Part shown: piece after piece, positions 40,552 to 50,897 of the stretch | Numbering within the stretch: position 1 is the first letter of the stretch | How the letters are laid out: each line of letters begins with the position of its first letter | NCBI GenBank assembly: GCA_963974325.1 | Contig: CAXBCW010000009.1 | Coordinates: forward strand, 18-64,017 | Direction: 5' to 3' | Source of the DNA: an uncultured Rhizobiaceae bacterium | GTDB lineage: Bacteria > Pseudomonadota > Alphaproteobacteria > Rhizobiales > Rhizobiaceae | DNA: 64,000 nt | Position numbers and translations under genes: made by a program | Notes under the pieces: model-generated | What the model saw: only the letters and a program-made list of their open reading frames with translations | Told to the model about the DNA's origin: nothing | Databases searched by the model: none

Positions 40552-41691
40552 ATGACTGATACGCCCTTACGCATCATACATTGTTTTCGTTCACCTGTTG
40601 GTGGCATTTTTCGCCATGTGCGTGATCTGGTTGATTATCATACCGAACAAGGCCATCAAGTTGGCATCCTGTGTGACAGCTCCACAGGTGGCGCCCACGA
40701 AGATAAATTGTTTGAAGCCATTCTGCCTAAGCTTGAACTTGGTCTTCAGCGTATTGCGATATCTCGTGCCATTACGCCAAAAGACTTTTTTGCTGCAAAG
40801 AAAGTTTATAAAGAAATTAAAAGTTTGCAACCCGATATTCTGCACGGACACGGCGCCAAAGGTGGCGCATATGTTCGGTTGATGGGTTCACTCCTGCGGG
40901 GATCCCTGTCTCGCGTTACCCGCTTCTATTCCCCTCATGGTGGCACGTTGCACTATGATAAATCCAGCTTGCAAGGTAAGGCCTATTTTGGTGTCGAACG
41001 TTTTTTAGAACGTTGGACCGATGGTGTTATCTTTGTAAGCGACTATGAACGACAAACCTATTTTGATAAAATAGGTGAGCCAAAATGTGGTTGGAATCTT
41101 GTCTATAATGGTCTTGGTGAAGCTGATTTTGCACCGATTAAAACGCAAGATAATGCTGCTGACTTTTTGTATATCGGCATGATGCGTGATCTTAAAGGTC
41201 CGGATGTTTTCATATCGGCTGTTCGAAAAGCCGAGCAAATTGTTGGACGGCCGCTTAATGCCATTATGGTTGGCGATGGTCCTGATGTCGGAAAATATCA
41301 ATATAGCATTGATCGCACTGGCATGAGTGAACGCATTAAAATGCTGCCTGCGATGATGGCAAGAGATGCAATTGCCTTGGCCCATAATGTGGTCATCCCG
41401 TCCCGAGCAGAAGCTATGCCCTACATTGTTTTGGAAACTGTGGCGGCGAACAAACCAATTATTGCAACAAATGTTGGTGGAATTCCTGAGATTTTAGGTG
41501 CGGATTGTGCATCCATGGTGCCGCCGGGTGATCCTGATGCTCTTGCAAATATGCTGGCTAAAACAATCAAAGACAAAGACTGGCTTGCCTCATGCTTGCC
41601 CGAACGTGCAAATTTTACGAAAGATTTTTCAGTCCAAAACATGGCTGAAAACTTGATGACACTTTACCGCAAGAAGCATGCTCAGACTTAA
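40552..41691 (+). CDS. Glycosyltransferase family 4
   Basis: PVGGIFRHV, HGHGAKGG, PSRAEAMPY..LE, ATNVGGIPE. Confidence 0.93.
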   Translation: MTDTPLRIIHCFRSPVGGIFRHVRDLVDYHTEQGHQVGILCDSSTGGAHEDKLFEAILPKLELGLQRIAISRAITPKDFFAAKKVYKEIKSLQPDILHGHGAKGGAYVRLMGSLLRGSLSRVTRFYSPHGGTLHYDKSSLQGKAYFGVERFLERWTDGVIFVSDYERQTYFDKIGEPKCGWNLVYNGLGEADFAPIKTQDNAADFLYIGMMRDLKGPDVFISAVRKAEQIVGRPLNAIMVGDGPDVGKYQYSIDRTGMSERIKMLPAMMARDAIALAHNVVIPSRAEAMPYIVLETVAANKPIIATNVGGIPEILGADCASMVPPGDPDALANMLAKTIKDKDWLASCLPERANFTKDFSVQNMAENLMTLYRKKHAQT

Positions 41692-41829
41692 AATTTGCTG
41701 ATAGCATGCAAGGTATGAGCTTAAAGCAATAGAAAAAGCCCAAATAAACAGTGCTTTATCTTCAAATCTCAACAGTTTTTTTAACACTTTGCGATAGTAT
41801 TTTACGCAATTGAATAATTATGACTGCTG

Positions 41830-43455
41830 GTGGGAGCACAAATAATGACGAATACAAATTCTGAGAATCCAAAATCTGGTCACGATCATGACGCAAATAT
41901 TGATCTCGGATCGCAAGCTTCGCTACAAGCTGATATGGTTGCCGAAACCGGCGCAGCTGAGGATGCTGCGACGATAAACGGCGTTGAGAAGAACAATCTA
42001 AGTCGTCTTGCCCGCCATATTGCAGCTCAATTATCTGAAGAAAATTACTCACCAGCGATTATTCGCGGCAGCTTCCGTGTTTTTGAAGCTTTTGGTTTTA
42101 TGGCTGCCGGTTTTGCGCCTTATTTTGCCATGGGTTATTTCACAAATAGTGCAACCTTTATCAGCCATACGCTTGTTATCTTGGCGGCCACAGCTTTGCT
42201 GGCAGTCGCATTTTTTGTAGCCGGTGTTTACACCACACAAAGTCTAAGTTCGGGCGTGCGCATCCTGCCTCGTGCTATGGCAATTTTGTCGTCCTTGTTT
42301 GCGCTAATGGCTGTTGGTGGTTACCTCATAGACTTCCAATTCACCTTTGCATGGAACTGGTTCAGCACGTGGTTCATTGGTGCAGCTATGTTTATCTCGA
42401 TTACGCGCATTTTGTTTGCTGTGTCTATGACCCGCTGGAACCGAAATGGGTTCATGGAGCGTCGCGCGGTGATTGTGGGCGGTGGTCCTGCCGCTAAAAA
42501 GCTCATTCGCGATATTGAAAACGAACCGGATAATGATATTCGCATTTGCGGTATTTTTGATGACCGTAGTGATGACCGCTCCCCACCTGTAGTGGCAGGT
42601 TATCCAAAGCTAGGCTCGGTCAAAGATGTCGTGGCTTTTGCCCGTTTAACCCAGATTGATATGCTTATTCTTACTTTGCCTTTGGCCGCGGAAAGCCGCT
42701 GGATTGGTATGCTAAAGCACCTTTGGGTTTTGCCAGTTGATATTCGTTTGGCAGCCCATGCCAATTCTATGAAATTTCGCCCGCGGTTTTATTCCTATGC
42801 GCAAAACAGTAAAATTCCGATGCTTGCTTTATTTGATAAACCAATTGCCGATTGGGATTCAGTCAGTAAACGCATCTTCGATATACTCGTAGCGTTTGTA
42901 GCGATTGCTCTTTTGTGGCCGATCATGATTGCGACAGCGATTGCGGTTAAAGTAAATTCCAAAGGCCCTGTTCTTTTCAAACAAAAGCGTCATGGTATCA
43001 ATAATGAAGAGATCATGATTTTTAAATATCGGTCTATGTATACGGATATGTCAGATGCAGCAGCAGCTAATATTGTTACAAAAGATGATCCTCGTGTAAC
43101 CTCGGTTGGGCGCTTTATTCGCAAAACATCAATTGATGAATTACCACAACTTTTCAATGTGTTGATGGGAACTGTGTCACTTGTCGGCCCACGCCCTCAT
43201 GCCGTTGTAGCCCAAGCGCAGAACAAGTATTTTGCAGATGTGGTTGATGGATATTTTGCCCGTCACCGCGTAAAACCTGGCATTACGGGTTGGGCGCAAG
43301 TCAATGGTCTTCGCGGTGAGATTACCTCCGATGATAAGATTAAAAAACGGACTGAGTTTGACCTTGATTACATCGAGAACTGGTCACTTTGGTTTGATAT
43401 CAAAATTCTGATCAAAACACCGATCAGCTTGTTCAACACAGAAAACGCTTATTAG
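41830..43455 (+). CDS. Undecaprenyl-phosphate glucose phosphotransferase (WcaJ/UppE/HfsE-type initiating transferase)
   Basis: [62 protein letters not shown]. Confidence 0.95.
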   Translation: MGAQIMTNTNSENPKSGHDHDANIDLGSQASLQADMVAETGAAEDAATINGVEKNNLSRLARHIAAQLSEENYSPAIIRGSFRVFEAFGFMAAGFAPYFAMGYFTNSATFISHTLVILAATALLAVAFFVAGVYTTQSLSSGVRILPRAMAILSSLFALMAVGGYLIDFQFTFAWNWFSTWFIGAAMFISITRILFAVSMTRWNRNGFMERRAVIVGGGPAAKKLIRDIENEPDNDIRICGIFDDRSDDRSPPVVAGYPKLGSVKDVVAFARLTQIDMLILTLPLAAESRWIGMLKHLWVLPVDIRLAAHANSMKFRPRFYSYAQNSKIPMLALFDKPIADWDSVSKRIFDILVAFVAIALLWPIMIATAIAVKVNSKGPVLFKQKRHGINNEEIMIFKYRSMYTDMSDAAAANIVTKDDPRVTSVGRFIRKTSIDELPQLFNVLMGTVSLVGPRPHAVVAQAQNKYFADVVDGYFARHRVKPGITGWAQVNGLRGEITSDDKIKKRTEFDLDYIENWSLWFDIKILIKTPISLFNTENAY

Positions 43456-43460
43456 ACCAA

Positions 43461-44696
43461 ATGGCAAACACCGCATACCCAAATACTGATTTAGCAACAC
43501 GGCCATCTCTGACCATCAGCGCTGATAAGCTGGGTCGGTGGATGTTAGCTTTTGGTGTGTTTACGTCTGGTTTTGTGATGCGAGAACCTGCTCCCTATGA
43601 GCTTGTTATGGCGGGTCTTTTGGGTGTTTGGTTTTTGTGTGGATTGAAAATTTCGCGAACTGTTGCTCCAGTGCTTGTTTTCTTTGTTTTGTATAATATT
43701 GGTGGCTTGGGCTCTATGCTCACAATGCATGCTTACAAAGGTATCCCCCTTTATTTGGCAGTGAGCTTTTTCCTGGCGCTCACATCGGTATTTTTTGCAG
43801 CCCTTATTGAGGCTGATTACACCAAGCTTAAGATTATTTTCCAAGCTTATGTGATTGCAGCTGTTGTGACCTCCCTGCTCGGTATTGGCGGCTATTTGGG
43901 TGTTATTCCCGGTGGCGCTATCTTTACCCGTTATGGCCGCGCTATGGGTGCTTTCCAAGATCCGAACGTGTTTGGCCCCTATCTTGTGCTGCCTGCCATG
44001 TATCTGCTGCATGGGCTTATTGTTGGCAAGATCAAAGATCTTCCGTTTCGTGCAATCGGACTATTGATCATCACATTGGGTGTGTTCTTATCGTTCTCTC
44101 GTGCCGCATGGGGCCTGTTTGCAATATCCGGCATCTTGCTTGTTGCATTGCTTTTGATCCGTCACAGAACGGGTGGTTTTCAGCTTAAAATCTTCCTAAT
44201 GTCGCTGGCGGGCCTCGTTCTGCTTGTGGGCGCTATTGGTGTGGCTTTGCAGATTGATCAAATTGCAGAACTGTTCTCATCACGTGCACAATTGGTGCAA
44301 GATTATGATGGGGCTCGTTTTGGCCGTTTTGCCCGCCATGCAATTGGTTTTGGCATGGCGCTTGAAAACCCGCTTGGCATTGGTCCACTCGAATTTGGCC
44401 TTTTGCTGGGCGAAGATACCCACAACATGTATCTTAAATCTCTAATGGCCTATGGCTGGCTCGGGTTTTGTAGTTATCTGATCTTGATGTCGATGACATT
44501 TTATTTCGGTTTTAAATACATGCTGCGTGAGCGCCCTTGGCAAACATACTTCATGTTGGCGATGATTGTGTTGTTGGGCCATGCTTTGGTTGGCATTGTG
44601 ATTGATACAGATCACTGGCGACACTTCTATTTGCTGATTGGCCTCGTGTGGGGTTGTATCGCGCTTGAGAAGCGCTATGGCATGCGTTTTAACTAG
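43461..44696 (+). CDS. O-antigen ligase/Wzy-type polymerase
   Basis: RA.G.FQDPN, LSFSR.AW, THNMYL. Confidence 0.9.
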   Translation: MANTAYPNTDLATRPSLTISADKLGRWMLAFGVFTSGFVMREPAPYELVMAGLLGVWFLCGLKISRTVAPVLVFFVLYNIGGLGSMLTMHAYKGIPLYLAVSFFLALTSVFFAALIEADYTKLKIIFQAYVIAAVVTSLLGIGGYLGVIPGGAIFTRYGRAMGAFQDPNVFGPYLVLPAMYLLHGLIVGKIKDLPFRAIGLLIITLGVFLSFSRAAWGLFAISGILLVALLLIRHRTGGFQLKIFLMSLAGLVLLVGAIGVALQIDQIAELFSSRAQLVQDYDGARFGRFARHAIGFGMALENPLGIGPLEFGLLLGEDTHNMYLKSLMAYGWLGFCSYLILMSMTFYFGFKYMLRERPWQTYFMLAMIVLLGHALVGIVIDTDHWRHFYLLIGLVWGCIALEKRYGMRFN

Positions 44697-44833
44697 CGCA
44701 CTTTTTCAAAAACCATCAACCTATCAGTCTGTTAGCAAACGTGACGGAAAATACAATTTTTAGGAATTGTGTGATTTTACGAATGCTGATCTACATGCGC
44801 AATATCACCGAACGAACAATTTGGGGCAATTTT

Positions 44834-45511
44834 ATGCACTTACCTAAAGCAGTTATTTTCGATATGGACGGCCTTATGCTTGATACTGAGACCATCTCAC
44901 TCAATGCAAGGCGCAAAGCCATCGACATGCATGGTCTTAAAATTGATGATCAATGGCTCTATGATATTATCGGCATGAACAGCAAAGGGGCGGATGAATA
45001 TTTTCGCCAAAAGCTGGGTTATCCCCTGCCCGATGAAGTGGGTTCAACGGGTTCCCAGTTTTACCAAGATCATATTGATAGCCATGGAATTGATCTCAAA
45101 GACGGTATTGTCGAATTGCTGGAATATTTGGATGCCAACAATATTCCACGCGCAGTGGCCACATCAACGCGTGAGATCATGGCGCATAAAAAACTCAAAT
45201 TGACAGGTATTCATCATTGGTTTGATAAAATTATTTGTGGTGATCAAGTTGAAAATAGCAAACCAGCGCCTGATATTTATCTCAAAGCCGCTTATCTTTT
45301 AGGTACACAACCGCGAGATTGCCTTGCTTTGGAAGATAGTGATAATGGCTCAAAAGCTGCCCATGCCGCTGGTATGGATCTTATTGTTGTGCCTGATTTA
45401 AAGCAGCCGTCAGATCAAACAAACGAGATGGCGCACAAAGTTGTCAAAAATTTGCATGACGTCAAATCATACCTTATGACACTATCGCAAGCGACTAAAT
45501 TACAGGCTTAA
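44834..45511 (+). CDS. HAD family phosphatase (beta-PGM-like)
   Basis: FDMDGLMLDTE, ATST, KPAPDIYL, EDS.NG. Confidence 0.92.
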   Translation: MHLPKAVIFDMDGLMLDTETISLNARRKAIDMHGLKIDDQWLYDIIGMNSKGADEYFRQKLGYPLPDEVGSTGSQFYQDHIDSHGIDLKDGIVELLEYLDANNIPRAVATSTREIMAHKKLKLTGIHHWFDKIICGDQVENSKPAPDIYLKAAYLLGTQPRDCLALEDSDNGSKAAHAAGMDLIVVPDLKQPSDQTNEMAHKVVKNLHDVKSYLMTLSQATKLQA

Positions 45512-45573
45512 ACGATGCGTGTTTTGCTGCATGTATGATATAATGAAGCAGATAGAGTAAATGAAAGAATTTT

Positions 45574-45867
45574 TTGATGCCACTTACGATACTCGCCAAA
45601 ATTACTGCAACAGCAGGTCACGAAGCGCGTTTACGCAAAGAGTTGATCAAGCTTATTGCGATCACACGCTCTGAAGATGGCTGCCTTCAATATGATTTGC
45701 ACGAGGACACATCAAATCCTCGTATCTTTGTATACTATGAGCTTTGGCAAACACGTGAACTTTGGCAAGATCACATGAATGCACCACACCTCGCTGCCTT
45801 TGCTAAGGCAACAGCGGGTGCAATTATTGACTTTGAGCTGAATGAAATGAACCAGATTGAGAAATAG
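45574..45867 (+). CDS. Antibiotic-biosynthesis/quinol monooxygenase family protein
   Basis: TR.EDGCLQYDLH, F..YE.W, H...PH. Confidence 0.88.
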   Translation: MMPLTILAKITATAGHEARLRKELIKLIAITRSEDGCLQYDLHEDTSNPRIFVYYELWQTRELWQDHMNAPHLAAFAKATAGAIIDFELNEMNQIEK

Positions 45868-45889
45868 GCTACCTCTTTAGCTGCAATCG

Positions 45890-47797
45890 TTACGAACTCT
45901 TTTCAGCTGCTGTTATCTCAGCAATTTTTTCACGTAAGCCAGCTTCCCATTGTGGAAGATGCTCCATGATTTGTGCGATATAAGCTTCATTTTCCATTGG
46001 CGGAATATCTGGGTCATAAGCACCTGCAACAGCGATCATAGCTTTGCCATCCATGTCTTTAAAGGCTTGCGCGACCTCCAGCGAATGATCACGATTAACG
46101 CCCAGTGCTTCAAGCGCAGAACTGCCCATGCGAACGGATGCATCAAAGGTTTCGCGAATAATATCGCGGCAACCAGCATGCCATAGGTCATAAACATGAT
46201 TACGGTCGATAGCGCGGGCAAGCACGTGCACATGCGGATGGTTTTGCCTGACATAATGCACAAGATTGGTAATCTGTTCCTTGTCATCAATGGCAACGAC
46301 CAAGAGCTTAGCTTCATCAATACCGGCAGCATGCAACAGGTCAGGCCGCGTTGCATCACCGTAATAGGTGAGCAGGCCGAACATCTTCATATTGTCGATT
46401 TGTTTTGAGCTAAAATCAATCACTGTCGTGTCATAACCAGAGATGCGCAAAATACGCTCCACCATGCCACCCACGCGGCCTCGGCCTGCGATAATGATGT
46501 GGCTTTTTTCATCGATAGCGTCGTTTTCGCGTTCTTGATCCAGCACATAACGCGGTGCAATGACTTTGTCATAGAATATAAATAGTGCCGGTGTTAGCAG
46601 CATCGATAACGCAACAACGAGCAATAATTTGTCGGCAATCTCTTGCGGGATCACGCCATTGCCTACGGTGAAGCTGAGCAGTACAAAACCAAACTCACCC
46701 GCTTGCGCCAGTCCAAGTGCAAACAACCATTTGTCTGACCCTTTGATCTTAAAGATCGCCGCCAAGATAAGCAGCACAATGGCTTTGAGTGCTATAAGAC
46801 CAATCGTTAGACCCACAATGATCGCAAGATTATCGAACAACAGCATGAAATTGATGCCTGCACCCACGGTCATAAAGAACAAGCCAAGCAGCAGACCTTT
46901 GAATGGATCAATATCGGATTCAAGCTCATGGCGATATTCGCTATTTGCCAAGACAACGCCCGCCAAGAATGTGCCCAATGCTGGTGAAAGACCCACAAGC
47001 GTCATCAAGAGTGCAATACCAATCACGATCATCAATGCTGTGGCCGTGAACATTTCACGTAAATTTGCAGCGGAGATAAACCGGAAAATCGGAGTTGTGA
47101 GATAGTTTCCACCTAATAGAACTGCGGCAACAGCGCCCAGAGTGACCAGCGTTGTTTGCCAACCGTTGAGACCATCAACTAGGCTCATCGCTCCGCCATG
47201 ATCGCCACCAGCAGAATCGTGTGAGGCGGCATCAGTGCCATGGACTGCCGTATCAACCACCACATTTGCCATATCCATCAGTTCTGGCAAAGCCAAAAGC
47301 GGAATGAAAGCCAACATTGGGATAACCGCAATATCTTGGGTGAGTAAAACTGAGAAGCTCGATTGGCCGCCATCGCTTTTCATCAGGCCTTTTTCATTCA
47401 AGGTTTGCAGAACGATAGCTGTGGATGACAGTGCAAGCACCATGCCAATCGCCAGCGCAACAGACCATGATTGGCCAAACAACATTGCAACACCCATTGC
47501 GCCCAATGTGGTGAGCACCACCTGCCCGCCGCCAAGGCCAAGCAATTTACCACGCATAGCCCAAAGCAGTTTTGGTTCTAATTCTAACCCAACCAAAAAC
47601 AGCATCATTACAACACCAAATTCGGCAAAATGCTGAATGGAAACCACATCAACAGCCAGATAGGCCAAAACGGGTGAAATTAATATTCCAGCAATGAGAT
47701 ATCCAAGCACGGAGCCAAGACCAAGACGCGTTGCAATCGGCACGGCGATAACGCCAGCGATCAAAAATATAAAGGCGAGAAGAAGGAAGTCTGTCAT
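45890..47797 (-). CDS. CPA2-family (KefB/KefC-like) K+/H+ antiporter with TrkA-N domain
   Basis: AEFGVVMMLF.VGLE, LSSTAI, QDIAVIP, AQAGEFGFV, YYGDATRPDLL.AAG. Confidence 0.93.
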   Translation of the reverse strand: MTDFLLLAFIFLIAGVIAVPIATRLGLGSVLGYLIAGILISPVLAYLAVDVVSIQHFAEFGVVMMLFLVGLELEPKLLWAMRGKLLGLGGGQVVLTTLGAMGVAMLFGQSWSVALAIGMVLALSSTAIVLQTLNEKGLMKSDGGQSSFSVLLTQDIAVIPMLAFIPLLALPELMDMANVVVDTAVHGTDAASHDSAGGDHGGAMSLVDGLNGWQTTLVTLGAVAAVLLGGNYLTTPIFRFISAANLREMFTATALMIVIGIALLMTLVGLSPALGTFLAGVVLANSEYRHELESDIDPFKGLLLGLFFMTVGAGINFMLLFDNLAIIVGLTIGLIALKAIVLLILAAIFKIKGSDKWLFALGLAQAGEFGFVLLSFTVGNGVIPQEIADKLLLVVALSMLLTPALFIFYDKVIAPRYVLDQERENDAIDEKSHIIIAGRGRVGGMVERILRISGYDTTVIDFSSKQIDNMKMFGLLTYYGDATRPDLLHAAGIDEAKLLVVAIDDKEQITNLVHYVRQNHPHVHVLARAIDRNHVYDLWHAGCRDIIRETFDASVRMGSSALEALGVNRDHSLEVAQAFKDMDGKAMIAVAGAYDPDIPPMENEAYIAQIMEHLPQWEAGLREKIAEITAAEKSS

Positions 47798-47913
47798 GTT
47801 GGCCCCAGATTATATGCTTTTGATCATAGTAGGGATTATCAAGCACACTTCAAGGCACAAGTGTTTGGACCCATAGGTTCTTAACCAAAATCTTTGTAAA
47901 TATAGGCTTATCC

Positions 47914-48456
47914 TTATTTGAACTTATTTTGGCCATAGCCGATTTTTTGCCAGATACGTTCGTGAAAGAAATATAAGATGAGCTTTGTGATCACTTCAAA
48001 ACTACCGATAGAAAAAGCAGTAATCAGACTTCCCGTAAACAACCATGCCAGCAACATTGTATCCAGCGATGCCAACACGCGCCATGTTGCGGTTTTGACA
48101 GCCGAACGGGCGTAGCTTTCCGGTTTAGATCCCGCTGCAACAGACATCCCCCATTTGACCCGTGTCCAGATCTGTTCGTGGCTTGCATATATGATCAGCT
48201 TGGTGAAGACTTCTGCAAGCGCGATATAGCCTGCAGTTTGAACAATATTTGTATCTTCAGAAATCAGATCAAGCCCGAGCAATGGACCCAGATAGGTGAT
48301 CAATAAAAACGATAAGATAAATGTATCTAGCGTGCCGATAACACGCCAAGTGATCGCTTTGACCAAAGAACGCTTAACGCTATCACGCGGTAAGCTGCTT
48401 TGGTTTTTATTTTTTGCACCATTATTGTTTTTGGCTTTTGGATCAAAATCCATCAT
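47914..48456 (-). CDS. Tandem DUF2061 membrane protein
   Basis: Two copies of S..K..TWR....LDT...E..TK...Y..HE.IW. Confidence 0.85.
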   Translation of the reverse strand: MMDFDPKAKNNNGAKNKNQSSLPRDSVKRSLVKAITWRVIGTLDTFILSFLLITYLGPLLGLDLISEDTNIVQTAGYIALAEVFTKLIIYASHEQIWTRVKWGMSVAAGSKPESYARSAVKTATWRVLASLDTMLLAWLFTGSLITAFSIGSFEVITKLILYFFHERIWQKIGYGQNKFK

Positions 48457-48491
48457 AGCGGCCTTTTAACAATGAGAGATATAATGACGCG

Positions 48492-49067
48492 TTAGCGCAA
48501 TGTTGATCTATGTTTTTCAGTTTTGGGGTCTTGCGAAGATACAGCAAGCACATCATTTTGCGTCTGGCCATATGATAATGCATCCAGATGCTGTTCGGCA
48601 ATGCTGACCAAATTCACCGGAATTTCGTGAGCAAAAATCGCATCCACAATGGTCTCATCTGTAAAGTCAGCCAGCGGATTGATTTCCATCACCTTGTTTT
48701 TATTGTCCCAACGGGCAAAAACAGGCGCAGAGATATCATCATTGACCAGCGTACTGGTGATATGTGCAGCAAACAAGGAGATTGTGTTTGATGTGTCTAA
48801 AGGGAGCGTTTTATAGCTAAAAGCATACCGATCTTGAGTTATGTCTTTTAAATTCGCCACATCTTTGGGTAGGTTCGAGCTTGCACTAAATATTTCGGTG
48901 ACATGCTTGTTACGGGTTAAAAGCCAGCTGAGATATTGGTCTTGGGACGTAAAACTGGAAATCATAATAGACCTGCTAAACCGTTCATTTATAAACAGAA
49001 TTCTCTGCTCAATATTAAGCTTTGCTAGTCCTTGGTTCAAACCATCTGCAATTTTGTCTTCAAACAT
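48492..49067 (-). CDS. Degenerate CysH (APS/PAPS reductase)-like protein with no cysteines
   Basis: Residual SSF..QDQ.L, T.DRY, WD....EINPLADF..E.I..I..HEIPVN. DTG, Cys clusters and ECGLH are absent. Confidence 0.6.
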   Translation of the reverse strand: MFEDKIADGLNQGLAKLNIEQRILFINERFSRSIMISSFTSQDQYLSWLLTRNKHVTEIFSASSNLPKDVANLKDITQDRYAFSYKTLPLDTSNTISLFAAHITSTLVNDDISAPVFARWDNKNKVMEINPLADFTDETIVDAIFAHEIPVNLVSIAEQHLDALSYGQTQNDVLAVSSQDPKTEKHRSTLR

Positions 49068-49238
49068 ATCTTATCTTCCTTTTAAGGTTATCTATAAGAT
49101 GTGCAATTAATGAGACTTTTGAAAGGAATCAAATTCCAAGTTTAATGCCAAATGAAGATGAATCATCGAATGTATGCAGTTACATCGTGATTTGAGTTTT
49201 ATTGAAGTTTTGGAGGTTTTGTTTTCCTTATTGACATT

Positions 49239-49289
49239 TAGTTCAACGTTAAACTATAAATTGATTCTTAGTAGTTTAATATCAAACTA
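49239..49289 (+). promoter_or_regulatory. Two 18-bp imperfect palindromes (candidate MarR operators) overlapping a TTGACA/TATAAA promoter
   Basis: TAGTTCAACGTTAAACTA (49239-56) and TAGTTTAATATCAAACTA (49272-89); TTGACA at 49231. Confidence 0.6.
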
Positions 49290-49302
49290 AATGGAGCTAA
49301 TT

Positions 49303-50448
49303 ATGAAAAGACGGAATTTTTTAGCAGTTGTAGGTGGTGGCGTAATTTTGGCAGCTGGAACCACAATGGGAGTTGTGGCAACCAGATACCCTGACAAAGC
49401 ATCAGAACCATGGGACAAAGCAGGTGGACCTAATTATTCCGAACCTCGGATCCGCGCATTGTCCTATGCAATACTTGCGCCCAATCCACATAATCGTCAG
49501 CCTTGGTTGGTCGACCTATCTATTGATGATCAAATTACACTGACGGTTGATACTGATAAACTACTCCCGCACACAGATCCCTTCTCACGTCAGATCACCA
49601 TTGGCTTGGGTTGTTTTTTAGAACTTCTGCGCATGGCAGCAGCACAAGAAGGCTATCGAGCTGAACTTGACCTGTTCCCTGAAGGGTCAGATGTCACAGC
49701 GCTTGATCTGCGCCCAGTTGCCATTGTTAAAATGATAAAAGATGACGCGATCAAACCCGATCCACTCTTTGCCTATTTGCCGGATCGACGCTCCCTTAAA
49801 GAACCGTTTGACACAACAAAGCCTGTCTCATCTGATACGCTTGCCCGCATTAAAAAAGCTGCAATTTATAGCACAATGGGCATTAACAACCAGACAGCTC
49901 AACGCGATAAGCTTCGCCAAATAACCCATGACGCCTTTGATATCGAACTTGATACGCCACACACTTATAAAGAAAGCGTTGACCTTTATCGTATTGGCAA
50001 AACAGAGGTAGAGGCAAATCCAGATGGTATCAATTTTTCCGGCCCCTTGTTTGAAAGCCTACATTTTACAGGTATTTTAACGCGCGAGAGTGCTATCAGC
50101 CCAGATTCAACCTTTTTCAAAGGAGGCAAGACAATGGGGTCTGACCAAGCCAATTCTGCAATGGCGCATTTATGGTTGATCTCGCCGGGCAATGATCGTG
50201 TTGACCAAATAAAAACAGGTGCAGATTGGGTGCGCACAAACCTAGCCACCACAGGGGTAGGTGTGAGCTTGCACCCAATGAGCCAAGCATTGCAAGAATA
50301 CCCTGAAATGAAGGCTATTTATGATGAGACACAAAAGCTGTTGGCACCGAGTGGTGGCACGTTACAAATGCTGGGCAGATTAGGTTATGCTGCACGAGTC
50401 GCCCCTAGCCCACGTTGGCCAATTGAGGCGAAAATTATAAAGGCATAG
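49303..50448 (+). CDS. Tat-signal Acg-family FMN-binding nitroreductase-like protein
   Basis: MKRRNFL..GGG signal, LAPNPHNRQPW, HP.SQALQEY, GRLGY, SPRWP. Confidence 0.85.
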   Translation: MKRRNFLAVVGGGVILAAGTTMGVVATRYPDKASEPWDKAGGPNYSEPRIRALSYAILAPNPHNRQPWLVDLSIDDQITLTVDTDKLLPHTDPFSRQITIGLGCFLELLRMAAAQEGYRAELDLFPEGSDVTALDLRPVAIVKMIKDDAIKPDPLFAYLPDRRSLKEPFDTTKPVSSDTLARIKKAAIYSTMGINNQTAQRDKLRQITHDAFDIELDTPHTYKESVDLYRIGKTEVEANPDGINFSGPLFESLHFTGILTRESAISPDSTFFKGGKTMGSDQANSAMAHLWLISPGNDRVDQIKTGADWVRTNLATTGVGVSLHPMSQALQEYPEMKAIYDETQKLLAPSGGTLQMLGRLGYAARVAPSPRWPIEAKIIKA

Positions 50449-50450
50449 AT

Positions 50451-50897
50451 TTGAGCGAAAACGGCAAAATGATATTTCAATTCTTCAATGAAATTGGAAT
50501 TATAAATCAACTATCAACAGCAATCTTTCAGGCGCAAATGCCTGATGGATTGCATGTGTCGCATTTTGCCGTGCTTAATCACCTTGTTCGGGTTAAAGAT
50601 GGCGTGACCCCGCTGACGATTGCCAATGCGTTTCAAAGCACTAAGGGCAATATCACCAACTCGATCACGCAATTATCCAAGCGCGGTTTGGTACGCGTTG
50701 CACCCCATGAGACTGATGGCCGAAGCAAAGTGGTTTTTCTCACCGATGAAGGCCGAGCTTTTCAAAAAGCGGCAATCGCAAGTTTGATGCCTGCCATTGC
50801 CGCGTTTGATGACAAAATCAATTGGGAAGAGTTACTGCCACTTATTCCAAAGCTTGAAACTCTACGAAAAACACTCGACGAAAACCGCGATTTGTAA
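50451..50897 (+). CDS. MarR family transcriptional regulator
   Basis: HFAVLNHL, TP..IA..FQ..KG..TN....L..RGLV, DGRSKVVFLTDEG. Confidence 0.92.
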   Translation: MSENGKMIFQFFNEIGIINQLSTAIFQAQMPDGLHVSHFAVLNHLVRVKDGVTPLTIANAFQSTKGNITNSITQLSKRGLVRVAPHETDGRSKVVFLTDEGRAFQKAAIASLMPAIAAFDDKINWEELLPLIPKLETLRKTLDENRDL

